Assembly (NCBI GenBank): GCA_964545885.1
Contig: CAZJHG010000001.1
Span: 31,607 to 95,606, forward strand
DNA: 64,000 nt
Reading direction: 5' to 3'
DNA from: an uncultured Muribaculaceae bacterium
Lineage (GTDB): Bacteria; Bacillota_I; Bacilli_A; RF39; UBA660
Part shown: positions 9,706-17,781 of the stretch, in pieces
Layout of the letters: each line of letters begins with the position of its first letter
Position numbering within the stretch: position 1 is the first letter of the stretch
Program-made: the position numbers and the translations under genes
The notes under the pieces: generated by a model
Seen by the model: only the letters and a program-made list of their open reading frames with translations
Database searches by the model: none
Told to the model about the DNA's origin: nothing

Positions 9706-10866
9706 CTAAATTCTTCTTTCTAATTTTTTATCAAAGCTATTTAAGATATTTCCTATCTCTCCATTTACATGTTTATTTAATTCAAAATTCTCTTTTACGT
9801 AAACAAGAATATCTTGATTAGCTGGATATTTTAGAAAACCTTTAAACAACTCTAATGCTTTCTTCTTATCTTTTTTATATATAGAGAAAAGTTCTAGTGC
9901 TACAATAAAGCTTATTACATAAACACCTTCTTCTTCTATTGTAGTAAGCAAGGTATTTTCAAAACATTCTTTATCCATAATATAATTATTTTTGATTGAT
10001 TTAAAGAATCCTTTTGACATAGTATAACTATGAGCAGACCATTCATTAACTAAAGGAGTATGTAATGTAAGAAATTCAGCATAGTTAATATATGTAACAC
10101 AAGTTGTATATAGGGCATAATCTTTTTCTAACTGAGTAAAATTACCATCGCTCTCATATATAGCAACTAATTCTGGAAATATTGCTGCAACTTCTAAAAA
10201 GAAGTCATTGCGTTCATCATAAGATACTTCCGGATTTATAATATTTTGAATAGCATGTCCATATTCATGAATCGTACAAGCATAGGTGTCTAGTGGAGTA
10301 GAATCATAAATAGTAATAAAATTTTTCTTAACACCATCTATAAAACAGGTGTTACCATCAGTTGCTTTAATTTCATTATCATCTCTATTTTTCAAAAATC
10401 TCAATGTACCATTTCTATCATTGTAAACAGATAAAAAATATTCAAATAATTCACTGTCAAATTTACTATAAAATTCATAAACTAAACTTAATGTTTTTTC
10501 ATGATTTATTGTCGCACCAGTTTGTAAAAAATAGAAATCTCCGTTCTTATCAATTTTTTCAAGTTCCTCAGAAATTCTATCAATTAATTCTAAATGATTT
10601 ACACACTCGTTAAAAAAAGCATTAATAATAGAGTAGTATCTTCCATATTCTAATCTTGAATCCAAAATATTAGCTAAAGACTGCTTCTTAGTAACATTAG
10701 GAACTGGAGAATTATTAAATAATCTATTAAATAACTTGTCAGTGACATCAGCTACTTTTTCTAAGTAAAGACGTTTTTTTAAGTCGGTCTCAGTAGCAAT
10801 TAATTCTTGTAATTTTTTTGCTTGATTGACAAATTCATCATATCCCCAAGTGTAAACCATAAACAT
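9706..10866 (-). CDS. short M3-like zinc metallopeptidase paralog 1 (HEYGH)
   Basis: HEYGHAIQ with a downstream FLEVAAIFPEL motif. The RBS AAGGGGA abuts ATG 10866, so the third codon, ATG 10860, may be the true start. Confidence 0.6.
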   Translation of the reverse strand: MFMVYTWGYDEFVNQAKKLQELIATETDLKKRLYLEKVADVTDKLFNRLFNNSPVPNVTKKQSLANILDSRLEYGRYYSIINAFFNECVNHLELIDRISEELEKIDKNGDFYFLQTGATINHEKTLSLVYEFYSKFDSELFEYFLSVYNDRNGTLRFLKNRDDNEIKATDGNTCFIDGVKKNFITIYDSTPLDTYACTIHEYGHAIQNIINPEVSYDERNDFFLEVAAIFPELVAIYESDGNFTQLEKDYALYTTCVTYINYAEFLTLHTPLVNEWSAHSYTMSKGFFKSIKNNYIMDKECFENTLLTTIEEEGVYVISFIVALELFSIYKKDKKKALELFKGFLKYPANQDILVYVKENFELNKHVNGEIGNILNSFDKKLERRI

Positions 10867-10932
10867 TCCCCTTAATTAATGAATTATGATAACACACATA
10901 TATATAAAGTTCAAATGAACATCAAAAAAATA

Positions 10933-10961
10933 TTGACTAAAAAAAATAAAAAGTATATACT
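10933..10961 (+). promoter_or_regulatory. near-consensus sigma-A type promoter facing into the ORF-poor spacer
   Basis: TTGACT, 17-nt spacer, then TATACT. Confidence 0.6.
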
Positions 10962-10967
10962 TATTAT

Positions 10968-11987
10968 AGTAAGGAGGTATACAGGAGACGAAATCATTTT
11001 AGTACCTGTAAAATATGGTTTAGGGCATAAACTTGAAAAATAGTGAAAATATAAAGAAATTTATATTTCGTTTGTGAAAAAGTATATAAAAAGCAAGTAT
11101 TAAAAAAGATAGCCCGCAAAGCTATCACAAAATTCATTACCGCAAATAATGAATTTACAACTTGTAACATGTGTATTTGCAGTACATTTGTATATTAGTA
11201 ATAGTTTACTAAGTCAACAAGTTTTCCAGCGTGAGAAATCATGACTGAAGAGGATATATGTTACCAATATATTCTATTCGTCGACTGTTAGTCGTTGAAT
11301 GGTTAAAAACTCATCCCCATTCGATCACTATTCAAGCAATTGAAGTATCAAATTACCATGATGGTGTTATTAATAGTTTGCATTTTCTATTTTTCCAAAA
11401 TGGATGATAACACTTTGATGAAAAAGATGGGTAGCTTTCATACTAGTCCAGATATTATTAAATTAATATCGCAAGTATGTTATGCATTTTTGATCATTTT
11501 TGTTGAAGTATCTTAAAACTACCTTATTTGAATTTAAATTATTATTCCTGGTGAAAAGCATATAGGAGATAATTTATTGGGATTTTAAGGCAAGTAGATT
11601 ATACGAAATAACAATCTGTCCGCGTTTAAAAAATTGGAGAGTCTTAAACTTGTCTTGCAAGAGAACCAAGCAATCCAAATGTTGAGTAAAAACCTTCTTG
11701 GTTAGCTGCTGAGTAGTAAGTTACAATATGCTATATCGTGAGCGCGCGTATAAATAAAATTTAGCGATGAATTGGAGAACTCTTATACAAAAGTATAGTT
11801 AAACGTGAATGTGTTAATATTACTTGGAATACAGGATGGTTGACGTCACTGTGTTTATGAAACTATCAAAATAGTATGTCAAACTCATTCAGCTATATGG
11901 GAGTTAATTTTAAAACGAACAAATGCAAAAAGAGTTGAAATACACTCGGAAAAGAACGATTAATGTTCTTTTTTTTTTGCTTTTTTT
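10968..11987 (+). ncRNA. candidate ~1-kb non-coding transcript of unknown class
   Basis: Bounded by the promoter at 10933 and the terminator at 11950. It has no ORF of 60 codons or more in any frame. The core from about 11105 to 11960 is visibly more G+C-rich than other spacers and contains several hairpins. No match to a known RNA class was recognised. Confidence 0.3.
11950..11987 (+). terminator. intrinsic terminator
   Basis: AAGAAC / GTTCTT stem (extendable by A-T pairs), 7-nt loop, T10 run, then GC and T7. Confidence 0.6.
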
Positions 11988-12051
11988 ATCACATTAGTCT
12001 ATTATTTTTATGATTTTTGACTTAATTTAACAGACATATAATTACAATATA

Positions 12052-12080
12052 TTGATTTAGAATGTGAAACGTTATAAAAT
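12052..12080 (+). promoter_or_regulatory. possible promoter of the FIST-ALDH operon
   Basis: TTGATT, 17-nt spacer, then TAAAAT. Weak. Confidence 0.3.
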
Positions 12081-12144
12081 TAAAATAAGGAGGATTATAA
12101 AAAATCCGAACTGAAAATTGCGCGAATAAGAAGGAGGAATTTAT

Positions 12145-13302
12145 TTGAAAGCAATGGTAGGATCAAGCATCCTTAGTAATAGCTATGAAGCAGGAGTAGA
12201 TACTGCAAAAAATTCTACAAAAGGACTAAAAGCCCCTAAAATAGGTCTATTATTTACTTCAATAAAATATGATCAAGATGAAGTAATAAAGGGTATTAAG
12301 TCTGTAAATCCAGAACTAAAAGTAATTGGATGTACTTCATCAGGAGCTATTATGACACCAGATGGAATTATCTCAGGTGAGAATGGATTCGCTGGTATGA
12401 TGGTATTAGAAGATAATGAATTAAACGTAGGAGTAGCTTCTTCTCCAAGAGGACAAGACCCAAGAATGACAGGTCGTAGAATAGCAAGAGAAGCTATGGA
12501 AAATGCTGGTAAAAAACATCCACCAGTTGCATTTGCTATGTTTGCATCACCAGCTGAAGAAGAATATTATTTAAAAGGTATTCAAGATGTAATCGGAGAA
12601 GTTCCAATGTTCGGTGGATCTGCAGCAGATGATGCAGTAGTAGGAGATTGGAAAGTATTCTGCGAAGATAAATCATTTAGCGATGGTTGTGCTGTAGCAC
12701 TATTCTATACAACGAAAGAAATTAAAAATGTATTTACAGGTGCATACAATGAAACCGATAACGTTGGTATTATCACAAAAGTTGAAGACGACCGTAAAAT
12801 CGTTGAAATTGATCATGTACCAGCACTAAAAAAATACGCTGAATGGACTGGCTTAAATGCTGATGAACTAATGGGCCAAAATCTTTTAGTAGCATCTATT
12901 CCTATGGCACTAGGTGTTAAAACTATCCAAGGGGATTTAACAGCTGTACGTCACCCAATGGTAGGAAATCCAGATTATTCATTTAATGTTGGAGCTAAAA
13001 TGGCTGAAAAAACTGCCGTAATTCAACTTGAAACAGATGTTGATGGATTAATTGAAGGAGCAGTAAAAACTATTAAAGAATTAAAAGATGACTTTAAACC
13101 AGCTGCTATGTTCTTAGTACATTGTGGTGGAAGAAAACTACACATTGGTGATAGAGTAGATGAAGACTTTGTTGCAATAAAAAATGCAGCAGGAGATACT
13201 CCATTCATTGTAGCATTCACATTTGGTGAATATGGTCAAAATAACCATTCAGGAGCAACTATTGGTGGATTATCATTATCATTTACAGGATTCTCTGAAT
13301 AG
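12145..13302 (+). CDS. stand-alone FIST (N+C) domain protein
   Basis: IGCTSSGAI and C-terminal FTFGEYGQ motifs typical of FIST_N/FIST_C. TTG start 7 nt after AAGGAGGA; the first ATG is poorly spaced from that RBS. Confidence 0.65.
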   Translation: MKAMVGSSILSNSYEAGVDTAKNSTKGLKAPKIGLLFTSIKYDQDEVIKGIKSVNPELKVIGCTSSGAIMTPDGIISGENGFAGMMVLEDNELNVGVASSPRGQDPRMTGRRIAREAMENAGKKHPPVAFAMFASPAEEEYYLKGIQDVIGEVPMFGGSAADDAVVGDWKVFCEDKSFSDGCAVALFYTTKEIKNVFTGAYNETDNVGIITKVEDDRKIVEIDHVPALKKYAEWTGLNADELMGQNLLVASIPMALGVKTIQGDLTAVRHPMVGNPDYSFNVGAKMAEKTAVIQLETDVDGLIEGAVKTIKELKDDFKPAAMFLVHCGGRKLHIGDRVDEDFVAIKNAAGDTPFIVAFTFGEYGQNNHSGATIGGLSLSFTGFSE

Positions 13303-13311
13303 GAGGTTAAT

Positions 13312-14751
13312 ATGGCAAAAAATTTAATTGGAAATAAATGGTTAGACTCAGCTGATGGTAAAGTCATTACAATAACAAATCCAGCTACTGGAGCAGTAAT
13401 AGATACTGTACCAGAAAGTACTCAAAAAGATTGTGATACAGCAGTTCAAGTTGCTAAAAAAGCTCAAAAATTGTGGGCAAAAAAATCTATACATGAACGT
13501 GCTGAAATATTAATGAAATTTGTTTCATTAGTCGAAAGAGATAAAGATATCCTAGCTAAATTACTTAGTGATGAAACAGGAAAACCAATTACTGAAGCTT
13601 ATGGTGAAATAGCTAATGTTTCAATAGGTATTCCAGCATTTTGTGAAAAAGCTAAACATGAATATGGAAATATGATTCCAGCTGGTCAAGAAAAAGGTAA
13701 TGAGAATACACTACAATATACAGTACAAGCTCCTTTGGGAGTTGTGGTAGCAATTATTCCATTCAACTTCCCAAGTGATTTGTTCTGTCAAAAAATACCA
13801 CCAGCATTATTAATGGGAAATTCAGTTATTATGAAACCGTCTCCACATAATCCATTAACATTAACTAAATATGCCGAATTACTTCTAGAAGCTGGAGTTG
13901 ATGAAGGAGTTATTAATGTAATTAATGGTACAGGTGGAGCTGCCGCTCAAGCGCTTGCTGCCAATCCGGGAGTAGCTTTAGTTAGTTTAACAGGTGCTAC
14001 TAAATCTGGTATGGAAACGATGAAAACATGTAGTAATAATTTAACACATATAATGTTGGAATTAGGTGGTAACGATGCATTTATTTTAGACAGAGATGGC
14101 GATGTTGATTTAGCAGTAGAAGAAACTATTTGGGGAAGATTCTACAATACTGGTCAAGTATGCTGCGCATCAAAACGTTTCTTAATTCATAACTCAGTAA
14201 AAAAAGAGTATATTAAGAAACTGAAAGATAGAATTTCAAAAATCAAAAGAGGTATGCCAAGTGATCCTACTGTTGAAATTGGATGCTTGGTAAGTGAACA
14301 AGCTGCTATTAGAGTAGAAGAACAAGTTAATCAAACTGTAGCAGAAGGTGCTACAATTGTTATGGGTGGTAAAAGAGATGGCGCTTTCTACGATCCAACA
14401 ATCCTTGATGGAGTAACTAAAAATATGGCTGTTGCCAAAGATTTAGAAATATTTGGACCTGTTGTTTCTATAATTGGCTTTGACGATATTAATGAAGCTA
14501 TTAAGATAGCTAACCAATCATCATTTGGTTTATGCGGTTGTATTATTTCACGTGATATGAATAATGCTCTTAAAGTTGCTAACCAATTAGAATGTGGTGG
14601 AGTAATAATTAATGGTGCTTCATTCTTCCGTTCATTTGAAATGCCATTTGGTGGATGGAAACATTCTGGTATTGGTAACGAAGGTGTTATGTCTACATTA
14701 AAAGAAATGTCTCGTACTAAAACTGTTATTCTAAAAAACATTTTAAAATAG
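13312..14751 (+). CDS. NAD(P)-dependent aldehyde dehydrogenase
   Basis: ELGGND and catalytic GQVCCA motifs, length about 480 aa. GGAGG RBS. It starts 9 nt after the FIST stop. Confidence 0.85.
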   Translation: MAKNLIGNKWLDSADGKVITITNPATGAVIDTVPESTQKDCDTAVQVAKKAQKLWAKKSIHERAEILMKFVSLVERDKDILAKLLSDETGKPITEAYGEIANVSIGIPAFCEKAKHEYGNMIPAGQEKGNENTLQYTVQAPLGVVVAIIPFNFPSDLFCQKIPPALLMGNSVIMKPSPHNPLTLTKYAELLLEAGVDEGVINVINGTGGAAAQALAANPGVALVSLTGATKSGMETMKTCSNNLTHIMLELGGNDAFILDRDGDVDLAVEETIWGRFYNTGQVCCASKRFLIHNSVKKEYIKKLKDRISKIKRGMPSDPTVEIGCLVSEQAAIRVEEQVNQTVAEGATIVMGGKRDGAFYDPTILDGVTKNMAVAKDLEIFGPVVSIIGFDDINEAIKIANQSSFGLCGCIISRDMNNALKVANQLECGGVIINGASFFRSFEMPFGGWKHSGIGNEGVMSTLKEMSRTKTVILKNILK

Positions 14752-14780
14752 AAAAACGATAACTAAAAAATATAGCAAAA

Positions 14781-14820
14781 AAGTTCTAAAGGTATTGACT
14801 TTTAGAACTTTTTATTTTTT
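14781..14820 (+). terminator. intrinsic terminator
   Basis: AAGTTCTAAA / TTTAGAACTT 10-bp stem, 10-nt loop, T-rich tail. Confidence 0.8.
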
Positions 14821-15134
14821 TAAAAAAAACGCTTTTTTTTAAAAATGTAAATTTTGCGAAAATCAATTTTTTTAAAAAAGTAAATATTTGTAAATCGAAC
14901 AATAAAAAAACTAAAAAAGCCCGCAAAGCTAGTGAATATAAGGAAAAAACGTTTTTTTGTTTTTAAAAAATAGTATAAACAAAAATCAAAAAATCCCTAA
15001 AAAACGGCAAAAACGAAAAAATCAAAATAATCAAAAAAACGATTTTTTGAAAAAAATTAAAAAGTTAAACTTCCTATTTTTTTCTATACCATTTATAATG
15101 GAATTAGGAAAAGGTAAAAGGAGAGTTTTTGAAT

Positions 15135-17459
15135 ATGGCAAAAAGTAGAGAAGAAATTTTCTCAAATTTACAAGTAGTAAAGAGAAACGGAAAAAAAGTT
15201 GATTTTAATCAAACAAAAATTGCAATTGCAATAAAAAAAGGGTTTGATGATGTAATTGAATCAACAATGGATGAAGAAACAGGAGTTGCAAAATACTCTG
15301 AAAAAGATATGCAAAAGATTTTTCAAGATGTATTAAACAGAATCGAAAAAGAATATGCTGACAAAGATAAAATTAAAATAGAAGAAATTCAAGACTTAAT
15401 AGAAACATCACTAAAAGCAAAAAAATATGATGAAGTATATGAAGCATTTGCTAATTACAGAGAAAGAAGAGCTCAATCAAGAGCAGCATTTACAGAAGAT
15501 AAAAGATCGCATAAATTCTTAAAAACATTAGAAGGTCTTGCTCTTAAGAGTGCTTCAGAAGATGATACAAAAAGAGAAAATGGTAACATAGATGGAAACT
15601 CAGCAATGGGAACAATGTTACAATTTGGTTCTAACGTATCAAAAGAATTTGCTAAAACATATTTAATGAAAAAGGCATATGCTGATGCTCATGACGAAGG
15701 AGATATCCATATTCATGATATGGACTTTGAAGCAATGGGTACAACAACATGCTTACAAATAGATTTAGAAAAATTATTTAAAGGTGGTTTCTCAACAGGA
15801 CATGGTTATCTAAGAGAACCAAATGATATTATGAGTTATTCTGCATTAGCAGCAATAGCTATTCAATCTAATCAAAATGATCAACATGGTGGACAAAGTA
15901 TTCCATTATTTGACTATTACTTAGCTCCAGGGGTTATTAAAACATTTAAAAAACAATTAAAAATGACAATTCAAGATTTACTAGATTATTCAGATTTTGC
16001 TTCATTTATAAATATGAAGACTGTTGAAGATGTAATTGGTAAATTATCTACTATCAATACTGAAGTAGAAGTATTTGAAAAATTTTACAAAGAAAATAAT
16101 TCATTAAAAAGACTATTTAAAATGGCTTTAGAAAAAGCTGTTGCTAAAACAGATAAAATTACTTATCAAGCTATGGAAGCATTTATTCATAATTTAAATA
16201 CAATGCATTCAAGAGCAGGAGCTCAAGTACCATTCTCAAGTGTTAACTTCGGAACAGATACTTCTCCTGAAGGAAGAATGATTATGAAAAATTATCTATT
16301 AGCTGTAGATGCTGGTTTAGGACATAGTGAAACACCTATCTTCCCAATTTCTATTTTTAAAGTAAAAGAAGGTGTAAACTATAATCCAGAAGATCCTAAC
16401 TATGATTTATTCAAATTATCATGCAAAGTATCAGCTAAGCGTTTATTCCCTAACTTTGAATTTATAGATGCACCATATAACCTACAATACTATGTTCCAG
16501 GTCGTCCTGAAACAGAAGTAGCTACAATGGGATGCCGTACAAGAGTTATGGGAAATGTAGTTGATCCTGATAAGGCAATTGCTCCAGGAAGAGGAAATTT
16601 ATCATTCACTACAATTAACTTACCTAGAATAGCTATTAGACATGGTATAGTAGGACCAAATGCTGGCGCTAAAAAAGCTGATATGAAAGGTTTCTATGAA
16701 GAGTTAGATGAAAAATTAGATTTATGTAGAGACCAATTACTTGAAAGATTCGATATTCAGTGCAAAAAAAGAGTATATAACTTTCCATTCCTAATGGGAC
16801 AAGGTAACTGGATTGACTCAGAAAAACTAAAACCTAATGACAAGCTAAAAAAAGTATTAAAACATGGTACTTTATCAATTGGATTTATTGGTTTGGCTGA
16901 AAGTTTAGTTGCATTAATTGGTGAACATCATGGTGAATCAGCAAAAGCTCAAAAACTAGGTTTAGAAATTATTGGTCATATGAGAGAAAAATGTGATGAA
17001 TATAGTCAAGAATACAAACTAAACTTCACTTGTTTAGGAACTCCTGCTGAAGGATTAAGCGGAAGATTTACTAGAATAGACAAAGCTATATATGGAAAAA
17101 TTAAAGGCGTAACAGATAGAGAATATTATACTAACTCATTCCATGTACCAGTTTATTACAATATATCAATAGCTAAAAAGATTAAAACAGAAGCTCCATA
17201 TCATGCTTTAACTAATGCAGGTCATATTAGTTATATTGAACTTGATGGAGACGTTACTGAAAATGTAGAAGCATTTGAATCAGTAGTAAGATTAATGAAA
17301 GAAGCTGGTATTGGTTATGGAGCAATTAACCACCCAGTGGACAGAGACCCAGTATGTGGCTATGTTGGTGTAATAAAAGATGTTTGTCCAGGTTGTGGTC
17401 GTCGTGAAGGAGACCCAATTCCTGCAGAATTACTTAAAAATTTAAATTTAAATAAATAG
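15135..17459 (+). CDS. nrdD: anaerobic ribonucleoside-triphosphate reductase large chain, lacking the glycyl-radical segment
   Basis: N-terminal ATP-cone (VVKRNGKKVDFNQTKI), class III RNR core, and a C-terminal Cys cluster (PVCGY...CPGCG). It stops at TAG before any RxxGY motif. The start is ATG 15135 or TTG 15129, after GGAGAG. Confidence 0.85.
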   Translation: MAKSREEIFSNLQVVKRNGKKVDFNQTKIAIAIKKGFDDVIESTMDEETGVAKYSEKDMQKIFQDVLNRIEKEYADKDKIKIEEIQDLIETSLKAKKYDEVYEAFANYRERRAQSRAAFTEDKRSHKFLKTLEGLALKSASEDDTKRENGNIDGNSAMGTMLQFGSNVSKEFAKTYLMKKAYADAHDEGDIHIHDMDFEAMGTTTCLQIDLEKLFKGGFSTGHGYLREPNDIMSYSALAAIAIQSNQNDQHGGQSIPLFDYYLAPGVIKTFKKQLKMTIQDLLDYSDFASFINMKTVEDVIGKLSTINTEVEVFEKFYKENNSLKRLFKMALEKAVAKTDKITYQAMEAFIHNLNTMHSRAGAQVPFSSVNFGTDTSPEGRMIMKNYLLAVDAGLGHSETPIFPISIFKVKEGVNYNPEDPNYDLFKLSCKVSAKRLFPNFEFIDAPYNLQYYVPGRPETEVATMGCRTRVMGNVVDPDKAIAPGRGNLSFTTINLPRIAIRHGIVGPNAGAKKADMKGFYEELDEKLDLCRDQLLERFDIQCKKRVYNFPFLMGQGNWIDSEKLKPNDKLKKVLKHGTLSIGFIGLAESLVALIGEHHGESAKAQKLGLEIIGHMREKCDEYSQEYKLNFTCLGTPAEGLSGRFTRIDKAIYGKIKGVTDREYYTNSFHVPVYYNISIAKKIKTEAPYHALTNAGHISYIELDGDVTENVEAFESVVRLMKEAGIGYGAINHPVDRDPVCGYVGVIKDVCPGCGRREGDPIPAELLKNLNLNK

Positions 17460-17482
17460 AGAAGTAGAAAGAGGTAAAAGGT

Positions 17483-17668
17483 ATGAAAACAGAAAAAATC
17501 GAAAAAACTGCTGAAACAAAAGTTGAAAGCAAAAAAATGGTTGGTGAAGGAGTAGGATTCGAAAGAATCAGAAGAATCACTGGTTATTTAGTAGGAACTG
17601 TTGAAAGATTCAACGACGGCAAAAGAGCAGAAGAAAGAGACAGAGTAAAACACACATTTGAAAAGTAG
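17483..17668 (+). CDS. separately encoded NrdD glycyl-radical domain (61 aa)
   Basis: FERIRRITGYLVGTVERFNDGKRAEERDRVKH parallels the NrdD C-terminus RRVCGYLG...FN.GK..E...RVKH. It has its own RBS (AGAGGTAAAAGG) and is in a different frame from nrdD. Confidence 0.75.
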   Translation: MKTEKIEKTAETKVESKKMVGEGVGFERIRRITGYLVGTVERFNDGKRAEERDRVKHTFEK

Positions 17669-17720
17669 TAGAAATAAACTACTATCTTTTGAAATCACAC
17701 ATATTAATAAGTCTAATTAA

Positions 17721-17746
17721 GATAGGATTCACTCCTATCTTTTTTC
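17721..17746 (+). terminator. intrinsic terminator
   Basis: GATAGGA / TCCTATC stem, 5-nt loop, T7 run. It lies inside the track's long version of the next ORF. Confidence 0.75.
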
Positions 17747-17781
17747 TATTTTATGTTATAATCAATACCGGAAGTGATTTA

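Noticed and set aside
11358-11516. 52-codon ORF (MMVLLIVCIFYFSKMDDNTLMKKMGSFHTSPDIIKLISQVCYAFLIIFVEVS) inside the spacer
   Set aside because: It is the longest ORF I could find there and is hydrophobic at both ends, which would fit a small membrane peptide or type I toxin. There is no Shine-Dalgarno sequence before ATG 11358 and only a weak one before the internal ATG 11418, so I did not call it. It is worth testing by ribosome profiling.
11171-11945. Long-range pairing GTGTATTT (11171-11178) with AAATACAC (11938-11945) as a closing helix of the candidate RNA
   Set aside because: It is only 8 bp with no extension, and a match of this length is expected by chance within an ~850-nt region.
10867-12144. 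Identification of the long spacer as RNase P RNA, tmRNA, a T-box leader, a group II intron or a common riboswitch
   Set aside because: I found none of the expected strings: GAGGAAAGTCC-type P4 sequence, a GGGG...tag ORF...TCCACCA frame, the GGTGGTACCGCG T-box, a GTGCG 5' end with domain V, or the core strings of TPP, FMN, cobalamin or glmS. This eye search is not exhaustive.
12145-14751. FIST-ALDH block as a horizontally acquired island, on the basis of higher G+C
   Set aside because: Other conserved enzyme genes here are similarly G+C-enriched relative to the AT-rich hypothetical genes. One nrdD line I counted had 27 G+C in 60 nt. Composition alone is therefore not evidence; only the flanking 14-mer repeat is kept as an observation.
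14752-15128. NrdR boxes upstream of nrdD
   Set aside because: No pair of 16-bp ACACxATATATxGTGT-like palindromes was found. Only CCATT-TAT-AATGG (15089-15101) was seen, and it overlaps the likely -10 and does not resemble the consensus.
14957-15148. 63-aa Lys/Asn/Gln-rich ORF in the nrdD leader
   Set aside because: It is a product of the A-run repeats, has no RBS, and runs into the nrdD start.
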